A stretch of 64,000 nt of DNA from Octopus sinensis (lineage: Eukaryota): assembly GCF_006345805.1 (NCBI RefSeq), contig NC_042997.1:172794001-172858000 (forward strand). Direction: 5' to 3'. Under the pieces are notes generated by a model. The model did not search any database. It was not told where the DNA came from and worked only from the letters and a program-made list of their open reading frames with translations. The position numbers and the translations under genes are program-made. Below are positions 50,359-63,314 of the stretch, in pieces (within the stretch, counting starts at the first letter, position 1; every line of letters starts with the position of its first letter).

Positions 50359-50703
50359 GTGTATGTGTACACACACACACACACAATTGAAGTCAAACCT
50401 GAAATTAACATGAAATAAGCTGGGAAGAGAACTTTAATGGAAATTACTTTTGGAAGTAGAAAAATTCGCAATTTACCTTGTTATATTATATTTGAAAGAT
50501 AAAGGTTTGTAGGAGAAAGAAGAGGGTGGAGTTGTGGGGAGAAGTGTAGTATTGAAGAATGTATGAAAAACAGAAAGAAATGTATGAAAATAGAAAAGTG
50601 TTAAGAATGAAGCTTCAGAAAAAATTTGTGTACATCACTGAACTAAGCAAGTGAGACAATTTAGATTTAATTACAAAACGTGTGTATGAATGTATGAATG
50701 TGT

Positions 50704-50756
<53 letters not shown>

Positions 50757-50774
50757 ATATATAATGTATGTGTG

Positions 50775-51066
50775 TGGAGGTGCAATGGCCTAGTGGTTAG
50801 GGCAGTGGACTCGCGGTCGCAGGATCGCGGTTTCGATTCCCAGACCGGGCGTTGTGAGTGTTTATTGAGCGAAACCACCTAAAAGCTCCACGAGGCTCCG
50901 GCAGGGGGTGGTGATCCCTGCTGTACTCTTTCACCACTCTTTCTTCTGTTGGCCTGCTCGCTTAGCCAGCGGGGTGGCGTCATTCGAAGGCTAAAACAAT
51001 GCGAACGCATTGTGACCAGCGATGTGTAACAACATCTGATGGTCTGGTCGGTCACGTGATCACGTG
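50775..51066 (+). mobile_element. SINE family D (young, CpG-rich)
   Basis: GTGGAGGTGCAATGGCCTAGTGGTTAGG head; tail gtcacgtgatcacgtga. Confidence 0.9.
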
Positions 51067-51087
51067 ATATATATATATATATATATA

Positions 51088-51463
51088 TTCGTTTACTTGT
51101 TTCAGTTATTGACTGTGGCCATGCTGGAGCATAGGCTTGAAGTATTTTTGTCTAACAATTTGACTCCAGGACTTATTCTATCAGTCTCTTTGCCAAACCA
51201 CTAAGTTATGGGGGACGTAAACACACCAACACCACTTGTCAAGCAATGATGGGAGTAAAACACAGACAGATATTCATATATATATATATATATATATATG
51301 ATGAGCTATTTTCAGTTTCTGTCTACCAAATCCACACACAAGGCTTTGGTTGGCCCAAGGGTATAGTAAAAGACACTTGTCCAAAGTGCCATGTAATGGG
51401 ACTGAACCCAGAACCATGTGGTTGACAAGCAAGCTTCTTACCATACAGTCATGCCTATGCCTA
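51088..51463 (-). mobile_element. SINE family A (degenerate)
   Basis: Family homology. Confidence 0.8.
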
Positions 51464-51725
51464 TATATATATATTTATACTTACATATAAGACAAAGGGT
51501 ACGTATGCCGCTATATATATATGTAAAAAAATACAAACTGGGACAAGAACGCAAAACATTTAGAAGACGATACAAAAAACACGGACGGGACATTCGAAGC
51601 CTTCAATTTTCAGTCAAGAACCGGATCATCCTCGCAATTTCATATATATATAAACTCTTTATCTTGTTTCAGTTTTAAAGCTGCAGTCATGCTGGGGCAT
51701 CAACATTGTTATATCTATATCTGTA

Positions 51726-52128
51726 TCTATATATATAAAGATATATATAAAAGTGAAGTTGTGTGTCTGTCTCCTACGATTTAGATTCCTAACTACTCCC
51801 ACATTTTGCGGTGCAGTGTAACCAAAAGCGGGTATCTTATAGTCGTGATTCATATCGAGCCCTTCTGGGTACTAGCGCGCGTCTACGATGAGTCTACGAT
51901 TTAAAAAAAATTTATCATCATTTTTTCCCATTTTTAATGCACTTTTTTTTGCTATTATATAAGGGAAGTAACTCTCTAAAAATGTATTATTAAATCTCAG
52001 AACGTAAAAAGCTACAGTAACACCCCCCCCCCCTTTGTGGTTAGCCATATTGAGATGGCTATTATACTTTACATCTCTAAAAGTGCTTATATAGTTATTT
52101 CCCTTACAAACCCGAGCGATACTGCTAG
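51726..52128 (+). mobile_element. Non-autonomous Helitron with deleted 3' hairpin
   Basis: A|TCTATATATATAAA start, ...CCCGAGC-GATACTG-CTAG|T end; homolog of 62801-63304 missing 10 nt of the hairpin. Confidence 0.85.
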
Positions 52129-52131
52129 TAT

Positions 52132-52180
<49 letters not shown>

Positions 52181-52441
52181 TATAATATATATAAATTCAT
52201 CATTTAACATCTACTTTTCTATGCTTGAAATGGGTCAGATGGAATTTATGAGGTATATTTTTTCTATGGCAGTATGCTCTTCCTGTTACTAACCCTCATT
52301 TTTTTTCTGAGCAAGGTTATATACTGCATAGCTAAACACGAAAGAATGGAAACAAACAACACCGCTTGTATGATAGTGATGCACATTTAAGACCACATCA
52401 TCATGGTGTCAGGATGGGGGTACACACACACACACATATAT

Positions 52442-52755
52442 GGGTGCAGGGATAACTGTATTATAAGAAGTTTGCTTCCCAACCACATGGTTCTGGGTTC
52501 AGTTCCATTGTTTGGCACTTTGGGCAAGTGACATCTACTGCAGCTCTGGGCCAACCAAAGCCTTGTGAGTGGATTTGGTTAACAGAAACTGAAAGAAGCC
52601 TGACGTATGTATATGTGTGTGTGTGTGTTTGTTTACACCCGTCTAATGAGTGGTTTGGCAAAAATAAATATAACAGAATAAGTGCCAGGTTTCAATGAAA
52701 AGAAATGAGGTCAATTTTTTAAAACTAAACCTTTCTAGGTGGTGCCCCAACATGG
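52442..52755 (+). mobile_element. SINE family A (degenerate)
   Basis: Family homology. Confidence 0.7.
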
Positions 52756-52774
52756 CACAATCTGAAATAATATC

Positions 52775-53100
52775 ACCATCATCATCGTTTAACGTCCGTT
52801 TTTCCATGCTAGCATGGGTTGGACGGTTCAACTGGTGTCTGGGAAGCCAGGAGGCTGCACCAGGCTCCAGTCTGATCTAGCAGTGTTTCTACAGCCTGAT
52901 GCCCTTCCTAATGCCAATGACTCCATGAGTGTAGTGGGTGCTTTTTACATGTCACTGGCACAGGGGCCAGAGGAGGCTGCCAACGGCCACCATTGGTTGG
53001 TGGTTTTTATGTGCCACTGGCATGGAAGCCAGTCAAGGCGGCGCTGGCATCATCCACGTTCGGATGATGCTTTTTACATGCCACTGGCACAGGTATCACA
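52775..53100 (-). mobile_element. RTE LINE 3' end
   Basis: Signature sequence. Confidence 0.85.
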
Positions 53101-53762
53101 ACTACAACTTATATATATATATATACATATATATTCTTTTACTTGTTTCAGTCATTTGACTGTGGCCATGCTGGAATACTGCCTTAGAAAATACACAGTA
53201 GGCTTCTTTCAGCTTCTAACTGCCAAATCCACCACTTATAAGGCTTTCGCTGACTTGGGGCTATAGTAGAAAACACTTGCCCAAGGTACTTTGCAATGAG
53301 ACTGAACCCAAGACCAAAGGGCTGGGGAACAAGTTCCTTAACTATACAGCCAAGCTTGCTCCAATAACCATGTCTGCATCTATATTTTTTTTATTGGGTC
53401 TAGAGTAAGGAACAGTAACCATGGACTTTGCAGGGCCTCCCAGACCAGAAGGATTGATGCCATTAATACTCCACTTTGAAACCTTGTAAGGCATCACCAG
53501 TGTGAAAACAGGAACAGGATTCATTAAGTCTGGTGTTTTGTGGAAGGAAGGATTAAGTAGAGGTATTAGTGCAGAATCTGGGGTGGGAAGTTAGACACAA
53601 AAAGGGTGATAAGTAGAGATGAGGGGGACAGGAATGCTGCAGTGGCGATGGCATGAGGCTAGCAAGTATCAAGGAGCAGGTGTCATTATAGCAGTGTAGA
53701 AAAGACAGAGAAGGTAGATGTGATCTGATGCTAATAATTTGGCAAAATACAAAAACTACATA

Positions 53763-54128
53763 TACTCTTTACTTGTTTCTGTCATTTGACTGCAGCCATG
53801 CTGGAGCACTGCCTTTAGTTGAGCAAATCAACCCCAGGACTTATTCTTTGTAAGCCTAGTACTTATTCTATCAGTCTCTTTTGCTGAACTGCTAAGTTAC
53901 GGGGATGTAAACACACCAGCATCAGTTGTCAAGCGATATTGGGAGGGGGACAAACACAAACATATACACACATACATATATATGATGGGCTTCTTTCAGT
54001 TTCCATCAACCAAATCCACTCACAAGGCTTTCTTCGGCCCAAGGCTATAGTAGAAGACACTTGCCCAAGGTGCCACTGACCCCGGAACCATGTGGTTGGT
54101 AAGCAAGCTACTTATCACACAGCCACTA
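53763..54128 (-). mobile_element. SINE family A
   Basis: Family homology; further partial copies at 53133-53358 and 54159-54358. Confidence 0.88.
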
Positions 54129-54358
54129 TACATATATGTGTGTGTGTTTTATTTTTATTCTCTTATTTGTTTCAGTCATTTGACTGTGGCAATGCTAGAG
54201 CACCACCTTTAGTTGAGCAAATTGACCCCAAGATTTATTATTTGTAAGCCTAGTACTTATTCTATTAGTCTCTTTTGCCGAACTGCTAATTTATGGGGCC
54301 ATTAACAAACCAACATTGGTTGTCAAGTGATGGTGGGTGGGTGGGGGGACAAACACAC

Positions 54359-54390
<32 letters not shown>

Positions 54391-54394
54391 GTGT

Positions 54395-54650
54395 GGAGGC
54401 ACGTGGCTTAGTGGTTAGGGTGTCAGCACCATGATTGTAAGATTGTGGTTTCGATTCCTGGACCTGGTGACATGTTGTGTTCTTGAGCAAAACACTTCAT
54501 TTCATGTTGCTCCAGTCCACTCAGCAGGCAAAAATGAGTAACACTGCAATGGACTGGCATCCCGTCCAGCTGGGGAACACATACGCCATAGAAACTGGGA
54601 AACCAGGCTCATGAGCCTGCCTAGGCTTTAAAAGGGCGCATTTATTTTAT
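54395..54650 (+). mobile_element. SINE family E
   Basis: GTGGAGGCACGTGGCTTAGTGGTTAGG head; gtgttcttgagcaaaacactt domain. Confidence 0.82.
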
Positions 54651-54662
54651 ATACACATATAT

Positions 54663-54893
54663 ATCATCATCATCATCATCATTTAGTGTCCGCTTTCCAT
54701 GCTAGCATGGGTTGGACGGTTCAACTGGGGTCTGTGAAGCCAGAAGGCTGCTTCAGGCCCAGTCTGATCTGGCAGTGTTTCTACGGCTGGATGCCCTTCC
54801 TAACACCAACCACTCTGTGAGTGTAGTGGGTGCTTTTTACGTGCCACCCGCACAGGTGCCAGACGGAGCTGGCAAACAGCCACGGACGGATGA
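54663..54893 (-). mobile_element. RTE LINE 3' end
   Basis: Signature sequence in TA repeat. Confidence 0.88.
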
Positions 54894-54988
54894 TGTACTG
54901 ATCCATAACATAAAATTCAACAAAAAAAGTACTCCATCTAGTGAGAGATAAATATTATTTATTTAAAGGTCACAATACATGTGTTAAA

Positions 54989-55041
54989 GCGCTACTAGTA
55001 GTTTCGTATGTTGACAGGATTTAAACATATTCTTCAGGCGC
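54989..55041 (-). ncRNA. Type I hammerhead ribozyme (intact core)
   Basis: Minus strand GCGC-CTGAAGA-ATATGTT(11 nt)AACATAC-GAAA-CTACTAG-T-A-GCGC. Confidence 0.78.
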
Positions 55042-55081
55042 AAACCATGTATCAGTTTCTTTAGTTCAATATATGTAGTTT

Positions 55082-55134
55082 GTGCCTGACGAATATGTTT
55101 GAATTCTCTCAACATATGAAACTATCAGTAGCGC
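55082..55134 (+). ncRNA. Type I hammerhead ribozyme (intact core)
   Basis: GTGC-CTGACGA-ATATGTT(11 nt)AACATAT-GAAA-CTATCAG-T-A-GCGC. Confidence 0.78.
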
Positions 55135-55536
55135 TTTAACACATGTATTGTGACCTTTAAATAAATAATACACACACACACACATATATATTCGTGCATG
55201 CGTACCCTTGTTTAAACATCATGTGATGATTGAAAAATGATTATCATCAAACAGGTAAGGCTGTATGTTTCTGTTTTCCATGGAAAACATGTTTAGCTAT
55301 GGAAAAATTTTATCTTGCTTGGAAGCAGATGAAAGTGGGCAGCAGGAAAGGCATCCAGCTATCGAGAATTCTGCCTCAACAAATTTTGTCTGATCCATAC
55401 AAGCATGGAAAAGTGGATGTCAGATGATCATGGTGATGATCCTATTAATTTGTGGTAAAAAAAAATTCATTGAATACAAAGTTTCATTCTAAAAGAAATC
55501 AGTTTTGTAGTTTAGTCCCAGCTCTGGACTACATTG

Positions 55537-55915
55537 TGGAGGCGCAATGGCCCAGTGGTTAGGGCAGCGGACTCGCGGTCGTGGGATCGCGGTTTCGATC
55601 CCCAGACCAGGCGTTGTGAGTGTTTATTGAGCGAAAACACCTAAAGCTCCACGAGGCTCTGGCAGGGATGGTGGTGATCCCTGCTGTACTCTTTCACCGC
55701 AACTTTCTCTCACTCTCACTTCCTGTTTCTGTTGTACCTGTACTTCAAAGGGCCGGCCTTGTCACTCTCTGTGTCACGCTGAATATCCCCCCCGAGAACT
55801 ACGTTAAGGGTACACGTGTCTGAGGAGTGCTCAGCCACTTACACGTTAATTTCATGAGCAGGCTGTTCCGTTGATCGGATCAACCGGAACCCTCGTCGTC
55901 GTAACCGACGGAGTG
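55537..55915 (+). mobile_element. SINE family D (young, long tail)
   Basis: GTGGAGGCGCAATGGCCCAGTGGTTAGGGCAGCGGACTCGCGGTCG head; GGTTTCGATCCC B box. Confidence 0.9.
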
Positions 55916-58162
55916 AAAAAAGAAAGAAGAAGGACTACATTATTTAATAAAACTTTAATTTAATATAGCAGGGTATGATTAGAGGAGCATTTAGTAATTA
56001 TTTTGATCAGGTTGAGCAACTATGTAGAGGATCCTTCATAATCATCAACTGCAAGGAAGCAAAGCAGATAACTGCAACTATTTCTCCTAATTTGACAATC
56101 ATGAAATATAATAATAGAACGTCTTGAGTTCCACACACTACATAGATACCTATAAGCTGGCCACCATAATAAGAGTGTGTGCATGCTTTTGTGTGTGTGT
56201 GTGTGTGAATGTATGTGTAGATTTAATAATTTAATGATTCATTTAACTAGCTTAAATGTTTACTATCTTATCTTGTTATGAGCTTTTGCTTACATTAAAT
56301 AAGACAGGCTTTAATTAAATAAATGTCTGCAGGCCTTGAAGCACAGAAACTAAATGTTTAAAATGGTAAAAAAAATATTTTTTTAAAAAAAGCTGTAAAA
56401 CTTAGCTTAAGCTAATATTTTTCTGCATTGTTTTATTATTTTGCTTATCTTTTGGCTGTTTAGTTTGCTTTAAATAAAAGTATTACATTGAATATAAAAT
56501 TAATTTTACAATAAGACTAAGACAATACTGTTTATTGACAATACAGCTAAATGTAGACACTAATATGGCAAATGCCAACACTATCATAGCAATGTCTACA
56601 GAATATGAGAGAGAGAGAGAGAGAGAGAGCGAGTGAAAGAGTGGAGGTGGGGGGTGGCTCGTGGTAGATTAAGCGAAGAAAGGATAACAATAGTACATGG
56701 ACAGCAAACAATGTGTGAGTAGTGCGTTATCTTTCAAGTAGTATCCACTGGAGTTTGCAGTAACAGCGACAGCTGCTGCATTGGCAACAAGCAGGAGAAA
56801 GAGTAAAGGAATAGTGACAGCATTTCAGCTAGATGTGTCACTGGAGAGTACATAGAGTCACACTTAGTAAATACACAGCTGTCAACAGTCATGTGTGTGA
56901 TAGATGAGAGAAACACAATAGGCGCATGTGTCCAGGTACTGCAGTCAAAATGCAAAAGTTAAAGCTAATAAATTTAGAGGAAGGCTGCTATATGTTTCTA
57001 TAACAATGACTACCGTTCGTACCTTGGAGAAATGAATGCTCTAAATAAATGATTAAATATCTTCTACCCACCTCTAAAGAGCACCAATCAAATCAAAGTA
57101 ATTAACTGCGAATGCATTCATAACTCCCCAGATATTTTTGCACTAGTCTTAATTATTTCTTTTAAGAGAAATTAAACAACGCATATACACAGTTGTTGTT
57201 AAGCTAAACAATAGTCAGGTAAAAATCTTTAACCTAGTTTTAATCCCCAGTTGGAAACCATTCCACTTACATTAACTCCTCAAGCAAAGGCATGGATACC
57301 ATCAAAACAACTACCTTTTCTTCATCCTACAAAACTTAACAGAGCCAATCCATCTGACCACCCACCCAGCTTATTGATAGTTAATACAAATTCAAAATAA
57401 TTAACCTTAAAAAAAAATTGATACAGACATTTAATGTTAAGCAGATTTATTTAAACTTTTATTAGGAAATAATTTTATCAATGTTTTAAGATATTTTCTT
57501 GTGGTATTTTCAAAATCTTTTTGTTTTTCAACTGATTAAAATATATAACTTATCTGTTTTACACACTAATCAGATAATGGAAAAATTTTATTAATAAAAT
57601 CATCCTCATCCAACCTGCTGATAGTTATCCTAAAGTGCTCTAGTTTAGTACACACTAAGACAATATTCTTTCGTGAAACAGCTATAGTTAAACTGTATCC
57701 ATTAAGAGACTTGAACATTTCATGTGACAAAACTGATGAGCATCAAATCAGCAGACTGCTGGTTCTAATTTAGTAGCTGTGACATTTTCACAACTAATGA
57801 TTATACAAAAGTTAGATCAACAGACTCAAGTAACTTCTAAATATGAATGTAAACCATAAAGCAAGAGAGAGAGAGAGAGGGAGAGAGAAGAGGGGCAATT
57901 GAAAACAACATACAGGAGTAAGCAATCGAGTAAAATCATTCATAAGGCTAGTTTGGTGTGTTTTCAAACACAGTCTATAAAGGAAAATTTCTCCTCTGAG
58001 ACAGTAATTGCAGTGAAGGACTCTACAGCTATAAATAATAGCATGCAGACTATTGGGTTAAAAAAATACCCTTGGATGGAGAAAAATTGAAGAGTGCCCA
58101 TGGGACATGAACCCACATTTTCTGTGAACATGACACATGTGCTACCATTACACCAAAACATC

Positions 58163-58553
58163 ACTCTTACTCTTTTACGTGTTTCAGTCATTTGACTGTG
58201 GCCATGCTAGAGCGCCACCTTTAGTCGAGCAAATTGACCCCAGGACTTATTCTTTGTAAGCCTAGCACTTATTGTATCAGTCTCTTTTGCCGAACCGCTA
58301 AGTTACGGGGACATAAATACACCAGCATCAGTTGTCAAGCAATGTTGGTGGGGACAAACACTGACACACACACACACATATATATATACGACGGGCTTCT
58401 TTCAGTTTCTGTCTACCAAATCCACTCACAAGGTATTTGGATGGCCCGAGGCTATAGTAGAAGACATTTGCCCAAGGTGCCACACAGTGGGACTGAACCA
58501 GGAACCATGTGGTTCGTAAGCAATCTACTTACCACACAGTCATTCCTAAGCCT
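58163..58553 (-). mobile_element. SINE family A
   Basis: Family homology. Confidence 0.9.
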
Positions 58554-59430
58554 ATTTTTTTTTCATTTGTTTTAGAAGCTTTCTTCCTATCAGTGAGAAC
58601 TGTGTGTCATTTACATCATAAGGATTTAAAAATTTCGCAAGATAGGAAAGAAAATAATTTTTAATAGTGGAACTCAAACTAGATAAAGCTATAAATAACA
58701 GTATGCGGAATATTGTGTGAAAACCCTCACTTGGATGCAAAAAAAATCAAAGGCTTTCCATCTAGGGGGCTCTAAATGCAATCATTTATAATTCTATCTA
58801 CCTTGAGTTCCACTATTAAAAACACCTTATTTCATGTCTGACAAAGTTTTAAAATTCTTATAAAAATGCATACAGTTTTATTTTAATCATCACTGCTTAG
58901 TGAACCTTAAATTAAGTAATATGAACTTGACGAAGTTTAGCAAATATATCTTTTATTGGTTGCATATAAGAATGGCAGTTCTTAGTGTAAACTATGGATT
59001 CGGTGCCTTTACCTGATGGGGTTACAACCTTCCCACAGGAAACACAATCTTTCATAACCCAGCTTGGTGTGCTTTCACATGGTCTTTAACAGAGAATTTC
59101 TCCTCCAAGACAGTTACAGCAGTAAAGGTCACTCTCTGTTTGAGTGTACATGAACATATTAAATATAAAATATACACAGCTTTATTTCAATTGTCAGTGT
59201 TTGATGTGTGAGTATGCATATCTGCCAGCATATATTAGCAAGAAAACAAAAAGAAATACTGCTTTAAGAAAAAAAAAAAACATACTAAGTGTTATATTTG
59301 TATTGTATTGAGTTAAATAATTACTGGTTACATATACTGTAAGAAATGTTATTAACCAGTGACTGATCTAATGAAAACCTGTAACCAATGATACTTTTTG
59401 GTTCATTAATTTTGACAAAGTAAATAAATA

Positions 59431-59595
59431 GGCGTAGGAGTGGCTATGTGGTAAGTATCTTGCTTATGAACCACATGGTTCCAGGTTCATTCCTACTGCA
59501 TGGCACTTTGAGCAAATGTCTTCTATTATAGCCTCGGGCCGACCAAAACCTTGTGAGTGGATTTGGTAGACGGAAACTGAAAGAAGCCCGTTGTA

Positions 59596-59629
<34 letters not shown>

Positions 59630-59833
59630 TATGTGTGTGTATATGTTTGTCCCCACTCCACCATTGCTTGACAACTGATGCTGGTGTGCTTACGTACCCG
59701 TAACTTAGCGGTTCAGCAAAAGAGACCGATAGAATAAGTACTAAGCTAACAAAGAACGGGGTCAATTTGCTTGACTAAAGGCGGTGCTCCAGCATGGCTG
59801 CAGTCAAATGACTGGAACAAGTAAAAGAGTAAA
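59431..59833 (+). mobile_element. SINE family A
   Basis: Family homology. Confidence 0.9.
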
Positions 59834-60564
59834 TAGGTTTTAACAATACTAGAACTGATATTTGTATGATTTAGCTGTGTAGTATAAAAAATCGCTTTGC
59901 AGCCACATGATTTTGAGTTCAATCCCACCAAGCAGCACTTTGGACAAGTGTCCTGGGCTGACCAATGCCATGTGAATGAATTTGGAAGACAGAAACTATA
60001 TCAAAACCTGTCTGTATGTGTCTTTACTCCACTCACCATTTGACAACTAATGTTGGTTATTTTTTTTTCATCCCAGTAACATAAGGTGATTGATAAATTC
60101 AGAGTTAAAAAATAAGTACAGAGGTTAATTTGCTCAACTAAAACCCTCCAAAGCAGTACCCCAGGGCCTTTTATTCTCAATGGCTCAGGTTACCTGTATG
60201 CTGTTACTATTTAACCACATGTCAACTGTGATGAAACAGAACTATGATCAGTGGAATTCTGTGATCATTCTCTTTTTTGTTTTTTTTTAGGATAGCATGA
60301 TGGGATTCAAGGAATAGATACTATTTCTAGCATGTCAAGTGACCACAAAGAGGTCTTATTGGCTTACCTTGCTGGAAGTTGATATCACAATTTGTGCAGC
60401 AAGAACGATATAGCATTGAAATGGAGACTTGCTTAAACCCATCCTTGTGATATAAGGTGAAGCAGGATTGTCTCTGCATTTTTAAATGACACTTCTTTAG
60501 TGACTTATGAAATTCATTACATAAAAGTATGCATACATACAATGCACAAATTACTTACATATAA

Positions 60565-61504
60565 TGTCAGTGGGCATACTTGACAGAGTGTAAGTACCTT
60601 GAGAGAAAAGTAGGACCTAAGAAGCATCAGATGTGGTGCGCAAGAGACGACTGCGTTGGTATGGTCTGGTGGTGCAAATGGATGAGGATAGCCGGGTGAA
60701 AAAGTGCCATACCTTCGTGGTTGAGGGAACCTGTGGAAGAGGAAGACCTAGGAAGACATGGGTTGAGGTGGTGAAGCATGACCTTTGAACATTAAGCCTC
60801 ACTGAGGCAATGACTAGTGACCAGGACCTTTGAAAATATGCTGTGCTTGAGAAGACCTGGCAAGCCAAATGAGACCATAACCCATGGCCTATGCCAGGGG
60901 TATAACCAGCCCACTTATGCGTACCTTTCCTTCATTGGACACTAAACTCTGCTTGTGAAGACCTGTTGAGGCAAGTGAAATCAAAATTAAAACCAAATTC
61001 GATGACAGCATTGCATGAGAGGCATCCGTGCTAGTGGAGCGCTAAGAGCACCATCTGAGTGTGATCGTTGCCAGAGCAGCTGACTGGCTTCCGTGCTGGT
61101 GGCACGTAAAAAGCACCATTTGAGCATAATTGTTACCAGTGTCACCTTACTGGCACTTGTGCTGGTGGCATGTGAAAAAATACTCGAGTGATGTCGTAGC
61201 CAGTGCCACTGGACTGGCTCCTTTGCAGGTGGCATGTAAAAAACACCATTTGAGCGTGGCCATTGCCAGTACCGTCTGACTGGCCCTCATGCCGGTGGCA
61301 TGTAAAAGCACCCACTACACTCTTTTTTGTATTGCAAACATAAAATCTAAGAGAGTGGTTTGCGTTAGGAAGGGTATCCAGCTGTAGAAACTCTGCCAGA
61401 TCAGATTGGAGCCTGGTGCAGCCATCTGGTTCGCCAGTTTCCAGTCAAATCGTCCAACCCATGCCAGCATGGAAAGCAGATGTTAAACGATGATGATGAT
61501 GATG
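60565..61504 (+). mobile_element. 5'-truncated RTE LINE (ORF2 end + 3' UTR + GAT tail)
   Basis: Decodes with a stop and frameshift as LREK.DLRSIRCG..RLRWYGLVVQMDEDSRVKKCHTFVVEGTCGRGRPRKTW; tail gatgttaaac(gat)n. Confidence 0.92.
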
Positions 61505-62412
61505 AATGTATAGTCCTGAATACGATTTCCCACTGCATCTGGCAGCAGGTCTCTGATTTGGGAACCCCAGGGTTTTGAAGAGTATGGAACCACCTCTTAG
61601 TCAGTATTTCTCCCAGGTCTTCTATGACTCAGAGTAATAACACCAATCAGGGTCTCAGCTATGGGTTATTTGGCATGTTATGAAAGAAACTCCATGCACA
61701 AAACCTCACTACCTTATGAAGAAAAAGGAGAGTCGATATTGACAGCTAATCAGAGTGAATTCCCTCAGGCAGTCCAGTGCCCTCTTTGACACCTTTCCAG
61801 TAATTCCCATGTAGGTGGAACCCTCCAGCTCTCTAAGGCAATTCACTTAGAAAGCCACTCCATTGTAAAACCTACAACTTGCAAGTCATCACAGCTGTCT
61901 TAGCCCACTGAGCCACTGCGGTCAGATTTTCTACTCTAAAGAGTGGGATCGGATTGTAAGGACTGATTCTCACTATAAAACTAATAAGCGCAGGTGGGAA
62001 GGAAAGCCCTGCAGCATCAAAGATCAGTTTACATAACCACTAGTCCCACTATCATACTTTTACCTCTCAATATCTGGTATAAAGCCGCTTCCCTCAATAC
62101 AACACCCACACTCAGCTGAGGGTTTTTGTCTTGTAGGTTACCTGGTGACCTAATTAGTGCTGGCAATAGGGGGAAAAATGCAACCAGTACACCCTTTAAA
62201 GTGGTTGGCATAAGGAAAGGCATCCTATCATAGAAACCATGCCAAAACAGACATTGAAGTTCAGTACAGTTTCCTGTCAAACCATCAGTCCCTCTCAGGA
62301 TGGAAAATGGATGTTAAACAATCCTGAAGAATCTGATGATTTTATATCTGGACTGTTTTTAAATAATCCCTTATGGGGATATTGCTTCCTCAAATTTTGT
62401 AATATATATATA

Positions 62413-62448
<36 letters not shown>

Positions 62449-62451
62449 AGA

Positions 62452-62784
62452 GACCCCCTTCGTTCATGACTGACCATGGGATTGCACCTAGAAAGTTACC
62501 CTCCCAGGCACAAGTTCAGGCAAGGTTGTTTATAGAAGACCAGCAGTTGCCCATGTGAACTGGCCTCCTCTCTTCACGCCACCAGTGTTATCCAAGGGAA
62601 AGGTAACGGCAGATACAGCTTGGCACCTGTGACGTCGCAACTCATTTCTACAGCTGAGTGAACTGGAGTAACGTAAAATAAAGTGTCTTGCTCAAGAACA
62701 CAACACGCAGCCTGGTCCGGGATTTGAACTCACAACCACATGATCGTAAGCTCGACGCTCTAACCACTGAGCCATGCGCCTTCA
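62452..62784 (-). mobile_element. SINE family E
   Basis: Reverse-complement homolog of 31662-32005. Confidence 0.88.
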
Positions 62785-62800
62785 CACACACACATATATA

Positions 62801-63304
62801 TCTATATATATAAAACTGTAGTTGTGTGAGTGTCTGTCTCCTACGATTTAGATTCCTAACTCCTCCCACATTTTGCGGTGCAGTTTAACCAAATTCGGGT
62901 ATCTTATAGTCGTGATTCATATCGAGCCTGTCTGAGTATTAGCGCGCGTCTACGATGAGTCTACGATTTAAAAAATAATTTAACATAATTTTTTATTCCA
63001 TTTTAATGCATAATTTTTCGTGTGTCGATGGCGGCGGAGTTGGCGTCCATGGTCACACCTGCACCTGCTTGCTTCTCCCCTCCCTCGTGAAGCTGTGGGG
63101 AAGGGAGTGTAAGGAAATCAATGTCGTAAAGCGTTGTCAAGGAGACCAGCGTTCTTTTAGAACAACGACTTCATGGCTTGAAGACACCAAAACAGAAATG
63201 GCTAAGAAAGCCCGAATTGGCATCTATAAGGGAAGTAACTCTCTAAAAAAGCTTATATAGTTATTTCCCTTACAAACCCGAGCAATGCCGGGCGATACTG
63301 CTAG
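62801..63304 (+). mobile_element. Non-autonomous Helitron (intact ends)
   Basis: A|TCTATATATATAAAA ... CCCGAGCAATGCCGGG hairpin, GATACTG-CTAG|T. Confidence 0.9.
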
Positions 63305-63314
63305 TATATATATA

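Larger units (their letters stand above)
54953..55170. mobile_element. 218-bp imperfect palindrome, Penelope-like pLTR fold-back with two hammerheads
   Basis: tattatttatttaaaggtcacaatacatgtgttaaagcgctact ... agtagcgctttaacacatgtattgtgacctttaaataaataata. Confidence 0.88.

Noticed and set aside
19758-50471. Numerous Y/I/C/V/M/H/T-rich ORFs
   Set aside because: Translations of (TA)n, (CA)n and (TACA)n microsatellites.
51523-51640. Possible Penelope pLTR fragment starting at GAAA on the minus strand
   Set aside because: Truncated before any hammerhead core; assignment not demonstrable from this window.
57940-59130. Paralogous segments ENFSSETVIAVK / ENFSSKTVTAVK suggesting duplicated exons
   Set aside because: Similarity extends through frameshifting indels and all frames hit stops; better explained as an old non-coding repeat.
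8700-62784. tRNA-like heads of SINE families A, C, D and E as tRNA genes
   Set aside because: A and B boxes are present, but cloverleafs are incomplete and each is fused to a constant SINE body.
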